This document shows positions 20,213-29,772 of a DNA stretch of 64,000 nt, piece by piece. Under the pieces are notes generated by a model, which was given only the letters and a program-made list of their open reading frames with translations, was not told the origin of the DNA and searched no databases. Source of the stretch: an uncultured Candidatus Saccharibacteria bacterium (GTDB lineage Bacteria > Patescibacteriota > Saccharimonadia > Saccharimonadales > UBA7683). Position 1 is the first letter of the stretch; the number at the start of each line of letters is the position of its first letter. The position numbers were made by a program, and so were the translations under genes. Location of the stretch: contig CAZXUE010000001.1 in the NCBI GenBank assembly GCA_964643895.1, positions 17,083 to 81,082 on the forward strand, in the 5' to 3' direction.

Positions 20213-20518
20213 ATGGGCATCTTCGATGCATTCAAGCGTGGTGCCCAGCAGGGCTACGAGAGTGGTAGGCGCATCCAGCCTCGTGTAACCATGAACTGGG
20301 ATGCGATCACCAAAACTGTGGCAGAACTGTGGTGTACCGAACGGTTCTCGTACATAGTTGTTCGTTCTTCGAGCACAGGTGTGGAATATGGCCGGCTCGA
20401 GGAAGCAAGGGATCGTAGCGTGGGCGTGTCTGGCGCCTACTACTACATCGTTCAGTGCAAACCAGGAGCTGAATCTCTCGCAGAGCCGGTAGCAGAGCAG
20501 ATCCATTCCATGCTGTGA
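20213..20518 (+). CDS. hypothetical small protein (101 aa), GC-rich
   Basis: ORF with GGAG 5 nt upstream of the ATG, a perfect upstream promoter and a downstream terminator. GC and GC3 are markedly higher than in the neighbouring genes. Confidence 0.5.
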   Translation: MGIFDAFKRGAQQGYESGRRIQPRVTMNWDAITKTVAELWCTERFSYIVVRSSSTGVEYGRLEEARDRSVGVSGAYYYIVQCKPGAESLAEPVAEQIHSML

Positions 20519-20614
20519 AAATAACGCACTACCAGAGGTTTCTGAGATCCATAGTTGGATACGCTGGGAAGGCCCCAGCCGAGAAGCGTCGATACTACCA
20601 ATCCGCTCTTTCAG

Positions 20615-20650
20615 AAAAAGACCCCGAGCAATCGGGGTCGTTTTCATTTT
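20615..20650. terminator. bidirectional Rho-independent terminator
   Basis: aaaaa-gaccccg-agcaat-cggggtc-gttttcattttt. Runs on both sides serve the plus-strand small ORF and the minus-strand MFS gene, which ends at 20650. Confidence 0.7.
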
Positions 20651-22224
20651 TAACCGTGAACCACTTCGTCAAGAGATTCTTCTGACTTATTTGGAAGCCA
20701 GATGAAAGCGACCAGTGAAGAGATGGCGATAATAATGGCACCGACAACCAAAGCCCGTCTGAAACCGCTGATCCAAGCCTCTTTTGCAACACTTAATACC
20801 GAAACACGGATAGGCTCTGGCAACATTTCGCTTATCTTTAACGCCCCGGCAAGCGAGCTGGCAGCGATCTCCTTTGCCTGATCGGGCAAGTTTGCAATTG
20901 CTGGCGCAATCTTACTCCCGTACTGCGAGGCTAGTAAGCTACCGAGAACCGCAACTCCAAGACTACCGCCAAGTTCACGCGTTGTGTCGTTCATAGCTGA
21001 GCCCATTCCAGCTCTTGCGCGCGGTACGGCAGACATCATAAGGTCAGTAGTTGGTGACATAGCTGTGGCCATGCCAAGTGCAGCAATACACATAGATGTC
21101 ACCAGTACAATGTAATTTGGCGAGACACCCATAGTTGCAAGCATGGCTACACCAACAGACATAACGAGCATTCCTGAGCCAACCACCACCTTTTTCCCAA
21201 ATCGTTCGACAAGCCGTGGTGAAAGTATTGAACCTACAACCATAACCAGTGACATGGGCAACATCTTAACCGCAGAGTCGAGCGGCTGGTAGCCCCATAC
21301 AAGCTGCATGAGCTGGCTCATATTGAAGAACATTCCCATCAAGGCAAAGAACACCAGTGAAAGTACCAACGAACTTACGCCAAAAGCAGCGATTTTGAAA
21401 AGCCGAACATCAAGCATCGGGTGCTTGGCCCGCAGCTCCCACCACACAAAGAGTGCCATTATAATGAACCCAAGACCAAACACACCTAGCGTTTCGGAGC
21501 TGAGCCAGCCATGGTTTGGAGCCTCAATAATAGCGTAAACAATGCTCGTCAGGCCAAATACAGAAAGAATAGACCCAAAAATGTCGAACTTTGTTTGACC
21601 AGGATCTGATGAGCGAGGCACCAAGAGCGCTCCTGAAACAAGGGCGACGAGAATTAAGGGAAGATTAATCAAGAATGCACCATGCCATGATCCATGTTCC
21701 AGAATAAATCCTGTCAAGAGTGGCCCAAATGCCATACCAGCACCACTGATACCGGCCCAAAGAGAAATCGCTCGAGCTCTTTCTTCATTTGGGAACACGT
21801 TGGTCAAGATTGAAAGTGTCGCCGGCATAATCATAGCTCCGGCGAGGCCCATTACGGCCCTAGCTACAATTAGCTGATTGGCAGTATCAACACCAAAGGC
21901 CGCATATGCAGAAGCTGCTCCAAAAAGCACCAGACCGGTTTGCAAAATACCCTTTCGGCCAAATCTATCCCCGACTGATCCTGCCAAAAAGAGGAAGCCT
22001 GCGAAAACTAAAGAGTAGGAATCAACAAGCCACTGCAGCTGCGTATTGGTGGCGGCCAAATCTTCGCTCAGCCTTGGCAATGCAACATTAAGCGTTGTAT
22101 TACCCACCATAACAATCAGCAGCGACAGGCAGAGCACCCCAAGTATATGCCAACGTCGTTGGTATACTTTTTCGGATTCATGAATCCGACGTTTAGGCAG
22201 TATTTTTTTAAGCTTTTCTCTCAT
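20650..22224 (-). CDS. MFS transporter, DHA2 (EmrB/QacA) drug:H+ antiporter family
   Basis: 524 aa with ~14 predicted TM segments and the GxLaDRxGrkxxl motif (GSVGDRFGRKGIL). Confidence 0.85.
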   Translation of the reverse strand: MREKLKKILPKRRIHESEKVYQRRWHILGVLCLSLLIVMVGNTTLNVALPRLSEDLAATNTQLQWLVDSYSLVFAGFLFLAGSVGDRFGRKGILQTGLVLFGAASAYAAFGVDTANQLIVARAVMGLAGAMIMPATLSILTNVFPNEERARAISLWAGISGAGMAFGPLLTGFILEHGSWHGAFLINLPLILVALVSGALLVPRSSDPGQTKFDIFGSILSVFGLTSIVYAIIEAPNHGWLSSETLGVFGLGFIIMALFVWWELRAKHPMLDVRLFKIAAFGVSSLVLSLVFFALMGMFFNMSQLMQLVWGYQPLDSAVKMLPMSLVMVVGSILSPRLVERFGKKVVVGSGMLVMSVGVAMLATMGVSPNYIVLVTSMCIAALGMATAMSPTTDLMMSAVPRARAGMGSAMNDTTRELGGSLGVAVLGSLLASQYGSKIAPAIANLPDQAKEIAASSLAGALKISEMLPEPIRVSVLSVAKEAWISGFRRALVVGAIIIAISSLVAFIWLPNKSEESLDEVVHG

Positions 22225-22660
22225 TTCTTCCTCCTTGTTCTTGAATTGATTGACTTACTTTTTTGAGCAGGCTTGCCAGCGTTTCAAGCTCCGAATCGCT
22301 CAGAGGCGCAAGTATCTGGTTCAACTTAGTAAGTTTTGCTCTTTTTGATTCCTTTAACGCTACTTCGCCTTTTTGCGAAAGCTTTAATTTTGTAACACGA
22401 CGATCATTCTGATCAACCATCCGCTCAATGTAGCTCGACTGGACTAATGCATCCACAAGCTGAGTCGCAGCACCTGGTGTCACGCCAAGAAATCCAGCCA
22501 GTTCACTCACAGTAACCTCGTTATTGTGAAAAACACAAAATAACGCTTCGCCCTGTGCGTGCGGTAGCTTTAATATAGCGCTGTGCTCACCCCTCACCAA
22601 GCCTTTGCGAAAGTTGATAAAGCTAAAGACTATTTCATTAATGTTTTCTTCACGCGTCAT
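22208..22660 (-). CDS. MarR family transcriptional regulator
   Basis: Winged HTH (SELAGFLGVTPGAATQLVDALVQSSYIERMVDQNDRRVTKLKLSQKGE). It overlaps the MFS start by 17 nt, forming a regulator-pump operon. Confidence 0.85.
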   Translation of the reverse strand: MTREENINEIVFSFINFRKGLVRGEHSAILKLPHAQGEALFCVFHNNEVTVSELAGFLGVTPGAATQLVDALVQSSYIERMVDQNDRRVTKLKLSQKGEVALKESKRAKLTKLNQILAPLSDSELETLASLLKKVSQSIQEQGGRNERKA

Positions 22661-22750
22661 AGATTGCCTTAGAATCTCATTATTTTAGAACCTAAAGAAT
22701 ATTACGCTTGAAAAAACTGGTTGTCAACATGTTTTGTTATACTCTTTATT

Positions 22751-23050
22751 ATGGGAATACCAGAAGGATGGAGCGAAAAAGATGGGGCGTTAATTTTTGC
22801 AGTAAAATGCAAGGATTTTACTCATGCACTCGCATTATTAAACTCAGTTGGTGATATTGCTGAACAGCTGAAGCACCACCCGGATCTTGGCATTCGAGAC
22901 TACAATGAAGTTTTTGTCACGACCAAAACTCATGAAGCCAACTCAATTACCAGCAAAGATTACGAGCTTGCAAACAGAATTAACAGCCTACTTGATTATC
23001 AAGAGAGCAAGAAGAATACTGAAAAGTACGGTACCGATCTGAGTAGCTAG
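22751..23050 (+). CDS. 4a-hydroxytetrahydrobiopterin dehydratase (PCD/DCoH)
   Basis: The signature E-x-x-K-HHP-D (EQLKHHPDL) and a ~100-aa size. Start is placed at MGIPEGW; the ORF finder used an upstream TTG. Confidence 0.7.
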   Translation: MGIPEGWSEKDGALIFAVKCKDFTHALALLNSVGDIAEQLKHHPDLGIRDYNEVFVTTKTHEANSITSKDYELANRINSLLDYQESKKNTEKYGTDLSS

Positions 23051-23093
23051 TGCCTGTAGCCTTGCTTATCGAGATCACTTTCGGGACGGATGT

Positions 23094-24305
23094 CTACTTA
23101 ATAAGAATAAAGGTATTTTTACCTTTTTTGAGAAGACCAGTTTGGCTGATTTCTTGATCTTCGGTGATTTTTTCGCCATTAACCGAAACTGCGCCTCCTT
23201 GGATGAAGCGTCTGGCTTCGCCGTTGCTGACGGCAGCACCAGTTGAAACGAGCATTTCTATCACGGAGCCCCTCTTGGCAACCGGTATCTCTTTTGCGAG
23301 CTCTTCAAGATCCTCATCTGAAAGATCATTAAAACTTGCCGTACCAAAGAGTACGTCCGAAACATTTCTGACACTACCAGCCGCCTGTTCGCCGTGTACC
23401 AACTTTGTTACTTCGTATGCTAAATACTTCTGCGCGGCTCTTCCAGCTTTGTCGGCCTCAAAATCTTCCATCAAAGTGTCGAATTCATCAGGTTGAATAA
23501 GCGTGTAGATTTTAAGGTAGTCGCCCACTCCTTCGTCATCAACGTTTAACCAGAACTGATAGAACTTGTACGGGCTTGTCTTATTTGGGTCAAGCCACAC
23601 CGCACCATCTTCAGACTTACCGAACTTCACGCCAGTTGTTTTATTAATAACAAGCGGCGTTGACCACACATGCGCTTCTGCACCCTCAACTTTTCGTATT
23701 AATTCAACGCCGGCAAGGCTATTCCCCCATTGATCGGCGCCACAAAGTTGCAATGTCACGCCGCCTTCTCTGTATAAGTGTAGGAAATCATAGCCTTGAA
23801 TAAGCGCGTAGCTAAACTCGGCATAGCTAATACCGGCTCCGCCTTTGCCAATGCGGTTTTTTACAAATTCCCTATTGAGCAGTTGTGTCATAGAGAAGTG
23901 CTTGCCGTAGTTCCTTAAGAAATCCACAAATTGAATATCTTTAAACCAATCGTGATTATTCACAATACTAAATGGTTGACCTGCAAATACCGTTTTGTAT
24001 TGCGCAGATATTCCAGCAACATTTTGCGCGATTACTTCAAGTTCTTTAAGGTCTCGCTCTTGCTTTTTGCCATCAGGGTCACCAATTAAGCCTGTTGCGC
24101 CACCTATAAGTAGTGTCGCCTTGTGTCCGTGATTAATAAAATGGCGGACCATCATGGCGGCGGCCAGGTTGCCAACGGTCATACTGTCGGCACTTGGATC
24201 CACACCAAAGTAAAAACTGATTGGAGTTCTGTCAAGCACCGATACATTTTTAAAGGTCGTTTGATTTACAAATCCGCGCCAGGTAAGTTCTTCTGAGAGT
24301 GTCAT
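23094..24305 (-). CDS. tyrS: tyrosine--tRNA ligase
   Basis: Class I Rossmann fold with a KFGKS (KMSKS) motif and a C-terminal S4 domain. AGAGGAAAT SD upstream. Confidence 0.9.
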   Translation of the reverse strand: MTLSEELTWRGFVNQTTFKNVSVLDRTPISFYFGVDPSADSMTVGNLAAAMMVRHFINHGHKATLLIGGATGLIGDPDGKKQERDLKELEVIAQNVAGISAQYKTVFAGQPFSIVNNHDWFKDIQFVDFLRNYGKHFSMTQLLNREFVKNRIGKGGAGISYAEFSYALIQGYDFLHLYREGGVTLQLCGADQWGNSLAGVELIRKVEGAEAHVWSTPLVINKTTGVKFGKSEDGAVWLDPNKTSPYKFYQFWLNVDDEGVGDYLKIYTLIQPDEFDTLMEDFEADKAGRAAQKYLAYEVTKLVHGEQAAGSVRNVSDVLFGTASFNDLSDEDLEELAKEIPVAKRGSVIEMLVSTGAAVSNGEARRFIQGGAVSVNGEKITEDQEISQTGLLKKGKNTFILIK

Positions 24306-24353
24306 AATTTCCTCTGTTCATTTAGGTGGTTTAATAATTCTAAGGTTTAAAAT

Positions 24354-24371
24354 TATGCCCTACAGGGCATA
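24354..24371. promoter_or_regulatory. perfect palindrome TATGCCCT-ac-AGGGCATA in tyrS/PBP1A divergent region
   Basis: 8-bp arms and a 2-nt spacer. The loop is too small for an RNA hairpin, so this is more likely a dimeric protein-binding site. Confidence 0.35.
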
Positions 24372-24482
24372 TGTTGGATAGCAATAGTTTCTGAGCTGTT
24401 TCATCAAAGCCTATTATACCATCTGTATTTCACTCGCTAAAGTGCTATACTTTATACCATAAGCATGAGGTACAATTAAGGT

Positions 24483-27137
24483 ATGAAGAAAAACGACAAG
24501 AAAGCCGCAGCTGGCTCGATCCGTAAGCCCTCGCATCGAAAAGGCGCCCACTCGGTCTATAGTAATCTCGCTACGAAAAAACGTGTAAAAGCTGATGCTA
24601 AATCACGTAAGAAGGCAGAATTCTTAGCCACCCTACCTAAATCCCGATTAAAGCGTGCTGCCTACCGGTTACATCCAAAACGATTCTTTAAGTACTGGTT
24701 CTCTAAGCAGGGTGCAATTATGGCACTGAAGCTAACTGGCCTTGGGTTGGCTGCAGGGATTATCTTAATCTTAGCTGTCTTTGCTATCTTCCGGAAAGAT
24801 CTTGCCATTGGTCCGGATGAACTTACTAAACGTGTCCAGAGTCGCACCACTAAATTTTATGATCGCACAGGCCAGGTATTGCTCTATGAACTGTACAAAG
24901 ATCAGCAACTCACTTTTGTAAAACCTGATCAGATCAATAACAACATGAAGTGGGCCACTGTTGCCATTGAAGATAAAGACTTTTACAAGCATGGTGGTTT
25001 TGATATTCGCGGGATTATCCGTTCTGTATGGGTAAATGTAAGCGGTACTGGTAAGCAGGGAGCATCGACTATTACCCAACAGCTGGCTCGTAATGTAATT
25101 TTGGAGGACAATACGCGCTCGGGTATTGCAGGTTATACGAGAAAGCTCAAGGAGGTTATTCTTTCGATCGAACTAGAGCGCACGTATTCGAAAGATGAAA
25201 TTCTTAATTTTTATCTGAACTCAATTGGATATGGAGGAACTGCCTACGGAGTAGAATCTGCCGCGCAGCGCTATTTTGGCATCTCCGCGAAAGACTTAAG
25301 TATTGAGCAAGCCGCCTATATTGCCGCCATCCCTCAATATCCCAGCCTTTACGATAGCAACAGTCCAAGCTTTGACCCCGAGGCTACGCTCGCACGTCAG
25401 CGCACAGTCATAGATTACATGCGGGACCAAGGTTATATTAAATCCAGCGATGCCAAAAATGCCAAAGAGGTTGATATTTTAGCAAGTATTAAGCCGCTCT
25501 CCAGTGAGCCGACTGCCAAAAAAGCACCTCACTTTGTAGACGAGCTCGTCAAACAACTTGAAGGTAAATATGGCGCTGATAACGTTCGCAAAGGTGGTTG
25601 GCGCGTTACCACCACGCTCGATTGGGACATGCAGCAAATTGCCGAAAAATCAGTTGCCGACAATATGAACGCTGTTGAAAGACAACGGGGTGATAACGCA
25701 GCTCTTGTGGCAGTTGACGTACCAACAAACCAGGTCTTAACTCTTGTTGGCAGCCGCGATTACAAATATCCAGGCTTTGGCTCATACAATGCCGCAACTG
25801 CAAACTTACAACCAGGTTCGAGTCTGAAGCCGATAGTGTACAGCAAACTTTTTGAAGGAAACCAATATGGCCCAGGAAGCACATTGGCAGATGATAAAAA
25901 GTGCTGGGGTAGTTGGTGCCCTAACAACTTTGATAAAGGCTTCCGCGGCGGCATCTCTATCCGCCAGGCCTTGGCGGAATCTCGTAATATCCCCGCCATT
26001 AAGGCAGCTGAAGCCTCAGGCATGGCTTCAGTTATTGATCTTGCTAAAAACATGGGAGAAACTGGAATTGGATGCGGCGAGAGCTGTGATTCGCTCGGAC
26101 TGGCTATCGGGAGTGGCAGCGTGAGATTAGATCAGCATACTGCTGCCTATGCGACACTCGCTCGCGGCGGTGTATCTAAACCCGAAACGTATGTGCTAAA
26201 AATTGAAAAATCAAACGGTGAAATTGTACAGGAATGGAAAGATAGTGCCGGCACCAAAACCATGGGTGAAAAGGGCGAGGAAATTTCATTCCTCATAAGC
26301 GATATTCTCGCTGACGATAGATCGCGCCGCGTTACCTTCGGCAACCCTGTCGCCTTCAACCCACGAGGCGTTAAAGCAGCCGTGAAAACTGGTACGACCG
26401 ATAACGCAAAAGACGGCTGGATGATGGGCTACTCGCCAAAACTTGCTGTTGGCATCTGGGTTGGCCGCTCAGACGGTACTGTCATGAATAGCACCACCCA
26501 CCTTCAGACCGGACCAATGTTTGGTGATTTTATGGCGCGTGCTCATGCCGAAGTCATGACGAAGCCACAATACGGCTACAAGGCTAATGAGTGGTTCACC
26601 AAACCTTCAGGCATTCAAACAATCAGAGTTTCAGGCAGAAGCGACATGTTCCAATCATGGTATAAGAAGCCTCGCGAGGTAAACAAAGATTTTGTGATGG
26701 ATAAGGTTTCGCGAAAACTAGCAACTGACTGTACTCCACCAGCCGCCAGAGAGACTATTCAAGTTATGAGCGCTATCGACCCCGTTACCAACCAAGAAAC
26801 CACCGGCACCCCGCCAGAAGGCTGGGACATCAAGAACAACGACGATGTACATCAGTGTGGTGTTGAGGCAGCCACAGGATTCACGCTTGGTGATGTGGGT
26901 GACCCCTCTCGCACGCGAACCCTTAGCGTGAACTTTGCAAGTGGTCCAAATGCTCCTCAGACCGTGGAATTCATTGTGAATGGGCAGGTTATCAGCACGC
27001 AACCAGGTAGCGGCAGCAGCTATAGCACCTCCTACACTTTTCCGGGCCAAGGCACTTACACGATTCAAGTCCGTGTTACCGACAACCTCTACTATCAGTC
27101 CACCTCGTCATCTCGAACCATCCAGATCACTAGTTAA
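24483..27137 (+). CDS. penicillin-binding protein 1A (bifunctional glycosyltransferase/transpeptidase)
   Basis: GT51 motifs (EDKDFYKHGG, TITQQLARN) and a transpeptidase domain. There is an ~85-aa basic cytoplasmic N-terminal extension and a Ser/Thr-rich beta-sandwich-like C-terminal extension. Confidence 0.9.
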   Translation: MKKNDKKAAAGSIRKPSHRKGAHSVYSNLATKKRVKADAKSRKKAEFLATLPKSRLKRAAYRLHPKRFFKYWFSKQGAIMALKLTGLGLAAGIILILAVFAIFRKDLAIGPDELTKRVQSRTTKFYDRTGQVLLYELYKDQQLTFVKPDQINNNMKWATVAIEDKDFYKHGGFDIRGIIRSVWVNVSGTGKQGASTITQQLARNVILEDNTRSGIAGYTRKLKEVILSIELERTYSKDEILNFYLNSIGYGGTAYGVESAAQRYFGISAKDLSIEQAAYIAAIPQYPSLYDSNSPSFDPEATLARQRTVIDYMRDQGYIKSSDAKNAKEVDILASIKPLSSEPTAKKAPHFVDELVKQLEGKYGADNVRKGGWRVTTTLDWDMQQIAEKSVADNMNAVERQRGDNAALVAVDVPTNQVLTLVGSRDYKYPGFGSYNAATANLQPGSSLKPIVYSKLFEGNQYGPGSTLADDKKCWGSWCPNNFDKGFRGGISIRQALAESRNIPAIKAAEASGMASVIDLAKNMGETGIGCGESCDSLGLAIGSGSVRLDQHTAAYATLARGGVSKPETYVLKIEKSNGEIVQEWKDSAGTKTMGEKGEEISFLISDILADDRSRRVTFGNPVAFNPRGVKAAVKTGTTDNAKDGWMMGYSPKLAVGIWVGRSDGTVMNSTTHLQTGPMFGDFMARAHAEVMTKPQYGYKANEWFTKPSGIQTIRVSGRSDMFQSWYKKPREVNKDFVMDKVSRKLATDCTPPAARETIQVMSAIDPVTNQETTGTPPEGWDIKNNDDVHQCGVEAATGFTLGDVGDPSRTRTLSVNFASGPNAPQTVEFIVNGQVISTQPGSGSSYSTSYTFPGQGTYTIQVRVTDNLYYQSTSSSRTIQITS

Positions 27138-27176
27138 CCGCAGCTTCACTAAGGAACGTTAAGCAAAAAAAACGAT

Positions 27177-27554
27177 ATGCTTACCGCCCTGAGAGGCAGC
27201 AAGCTATGCGTGCTATCAACAATTTCGAATGAACAACCACAGTCAGCATTAGTGGCATTTGCAGAGGATGCTAGAGGAAATGTATATTTTCAGAGCCAGA
27301 AGCATTCGCGCAAAAATCAAAACATAAGTAAGAATTGTCGTGTATCTCTAGTGGTAGGCTGGGAGCTAGAAACGTTAATAACCCTACAATACGAAGGTGT
27401 TGCACAGAAAGTGATTCCGGGGCATATAGAACGAAGCAAGGAGCTGTTTCTAAAAAAGAAATCTCCCTCAACAATTGAGTATTTGAATCACCCAGACGCT
27501 GTGTTCTACGGTATTCAGATTATTCTCAAAATACCGTGTGGGAAGTTACTTTGA
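27177..27554 (+). CDS. pyridoxamine 5'-phosphate oxidase-like FMN-binding split-barrel protein
   Basis: LSTISNEQPQSALVAFAED…GNVYFQS…CRVSLVV matches the PNPOx/general stress protein 26 pattern. Confidence 0.6.
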   Translation: MLTALRGSKLCVLSTISNEQPQSALVAFAEDARGNVYFQSQKHSRKNQNISKNCRVSLVVGWELETLITLQYEGVAQKVIPGHIERSKELFLKKKSPSTIEYLNHPDAVFYGIQIILKIPCGKLL

Positions 27555-28343
27555 ATTGATGGTAGCGATGAGTTTGTCTTCGGCGGTTTGTTTTTTAGGG
27601 AACGACGGTTTTCTTCTGGATTGTTTTTGCGATTTATGAATACTATCGGGCTTGATGGTTTCGGTCATTTTGGCGAACATCATGCGGCCGGCGGTTGTCT
27701 GGAGGTTGCGGGTGAACTCTACCTTGACGGTTTTGTTGCGAATACTGCCAGCGTTCTCTATTACTACGAGTGTACCGTCGGGCAGGTAACCGACGCCTTG
27801 GTTGCGCTCTTGGCCTTTACCAACAATTTTGATTTCTGTTGTTTCCCCTGGGATGGTTGTTGGTCGCAGGTTTTGAGCTAATTCATTTACGTTGAGCACC
27901 CTCACCCCTTCAATTTCTGCAACTTTCAACAGGTTAAAATCGGTTGTAAAAAGCATCGCCCCTTGTTTGAGAGCCAACTTTACCAGCTTTTCATCAACTC
28001 CAGATTCAGATTTAATATCATCACTGACGATACCCACGCTCACCTGTCGACTGTCTTGAAGGTCTTGTATTACTTGTAGCCCGTAGCGAGCTCGTTCACG
28101 CTTTAAATGATCTGCTTTATCAGCCAGCAGCTGCAGCTCAGCAATCACGAACCGTGGAATAACAAGCTGTGTGGCCACGAAGCCAGAGCGAACAACCTCT
28201 AGCACCCGGCCATCCATGAGAGCACTAGTGTCGAGAAGAATACGATTTTTCGTACGATTGCTGGTGCGCGGCAGCAATCGCCATAGGATGATACTGCTTA
28301 AAGCAAAATTGAGTATTGTAATGATGGGTAATGCGTAATTCAT
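27546..28343 (-). CDS. yacL: PIN/TRAM domain protein (YacL family)
   Basis: N-terminal TM, a PIN domain (LLDTSALMDGR…) and a C-terminal TRAM-like domain. It sits adjacent to radA, as in Firmicutes. Confidence 0.75.
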   Translation of the reverse strand: MNYALPIITILNFALSSIILWRLLPRTSNRTKNRILLDTSALMDGRVLEVVRSGFVATQLVIPRFVIAELQLLADKADHLKRERARYGLQVIQDLQDSRQVSVGIVSDDIKSESGVDEKLVKLALKQGAMLFTTDFNLLKVAEIEGVRVLNVNELAQNLRPTTIPGETTEIKIVGKGQERNQGVGYLPDGTLVVIENAGSIRNKTVKVEFTRNLQTTAGRMMFAKMTETIKPDSIHKSQKQSRRKPSFPKKQTAEDKLIATINSK

Positions 28344-28404
28344 GATCTTCTAATACAATTATTATACTGGATTCTCGATCAGGTCGGGAATGAAAGAACG
28401 GATT

Positions 28405-29748
28405 TTATGCTTTCAGATACGTATTGAGAGCGTCCTTCAAAGATGAAACCGATGCCAAAATGGTTGATTTTGTATCAGATTTTGGCCCGACAGCTTTTTT
28501 AAATCCGAGATGTTTTACCTCTTTTAGGCGCTGTTCGATGTTTGGCACATGGCGAACCTCTCCGGAAAGTCCAACTTCGCCAAACACCACTGCATCATCC
28601 TTCAGCTGCATACCTTTGGCAGCCGAGGCGATTGCCATACATACCGCTAAATCTGCCGCGGGCTCAGTAATTTTTATACCACCAACCACATTGATGTATA
28701 CATCATGTTCGCTTAAATCAAGCTTGGTACGACGGGTTAGCACTGCGGTAAGTAAGTTAAGGCGATTGAGATCAAATCCAGAGGCGGCCCGTTTTGGATA
28801 CCCAAATGAAGTCCGATTTACCAAAGCCTGAATTTCTACCAGAATTGGCCTAGTACCTTCCATGGCAGCCATAACAATCGAGCCATCCGCCACTTGCCGC
28901 TCGGCTAAAAGCACGGCTGAAGGGTTACTTACCGGTTCCAAACCAGAGTCTTTCATATCGAATATGCCGACTTCAGCAGTTGAACCATAGCGGTTTTTTA
29001 CCGCTCTGAGCACTTTGAACCCACCATAGCGATCACCCTCCAAATTGAGCACCACGTCTACAAGATGTTCAAGCAACTTTGGCCCCGCTATATTTCCCTC
29101 TTTGGTAACATGGCCTACTACTATCAGCGTCGTTCCGGACTGTTTTGCGGCTTGCGTGAGAAGATATGTGCTATTAGTAATTTGACTTACTGAGCCAGGC
29201 GCCGAGGCGACAGACTGGCAAGAGACAGTCTGAATTGAATCTACAATGACAACCTTATAACTACCCGTGAGAATGGTTTGTGCAATGTCATCACTGCTTG
29301 TTGAGCTAGCCAAAAGTACTTTTTGATCTTTCGGTGTAATACGGCTTGCTCTCAGGCTTACCTGTTCCAAAGATTCTTCGCCGCTCACATACAGCACTTG
29401 CTGATTTTTAGAAAGTTGCGCCGCAAGCTGCATTAACAGCGTACTTTTACCAATGCCTGGCTGTCCGGCAATCAAGTTTACGCTGCCGGCGACAAACCCG
29501 CCGCCCAGCACGGTATCAACATCTGGTACAGCAGTTTTTAATCGTTCTGATTTTTGTGATTTTTTTAATGCTCCGATTGGTGTTGCAGCCAGCTCATTAC
29601 CTTTTACTGCGGCAAGTGCTGCATCTTTACTCAGCGGCAGCTCCTCCACCAAACTGTTCCAGGCCCCACAGTTACTACAGCGACCAGCCCACTTGCTGTG
29701 CCGCCCGCCACACTCCTGACACACAAATTGTACCGAAGATTTTGCCAT
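28405..29748 (-). CDS. radA: DNA repair protein RadA/Sms
   Basis: CxxC-x-CxxC zinc finger, GQPGIGKST Walker A, the KNRYG motif and a Lon-like C-terminal domain. Confidence 0.93.
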   Translation of the reverse strand: MAKSSVQFVCQECGGRHSKWAGRCSNCGAWNSLVEELPLSKDAALAAVKGNELAATPIGALKKSQKSERLKTAVPDVDTVLGGGFVAGSVNLIAGQPGIGKSTLLMQLAAQLSKNQQVLYVSGEESLEQVSLRASRITPKDQKVLLASSTSSDDIAQTILTGSYKVVIVDSIQTVSCQSVASAPGSVSQITNSTYLLTQAAKQSGTTLIVVGHVTKEGNIAGPKLLEHLVDVVLNLEGDRYGGFKVLRAVKNRYGSTAEVGIFDMKDSGLEPVSNPSAVLLAERQVADGSIVMAAMEGTRPILVEIQALVNRTSFGYPKRAASGFDLNRLNLLTAVLTRRTKLDLSEHDVYINVVGGIKITEPAADLAVCMAIASAAKGMQLKDDAVVFGEVGLSGEVRHVPNIEQRLKEVKHLGFKKAVGPKSDTKSTILASVSSLKDALNTYLKA

Positions 29749-29772
29749 GTATGCTTTTAGTATATCATCCGG

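Noticed and set aside
20117-20647. 176-aa minus-strand ORF overlapping the GC-rich small gene
   Set aside because: It is antisense to an ORF that has a promoter, RBS and terminator. Long spurious ORFs are expected in GC-rich sequence, and there are no start signals.
24306-24482. T-box leader upstream of tyrS
   Set aside because: The AGGTGG string is on the wrong strand for tyrS, and no AATTAGGGTGGTACCGCG-like T-box sequence is present on the minus strand.
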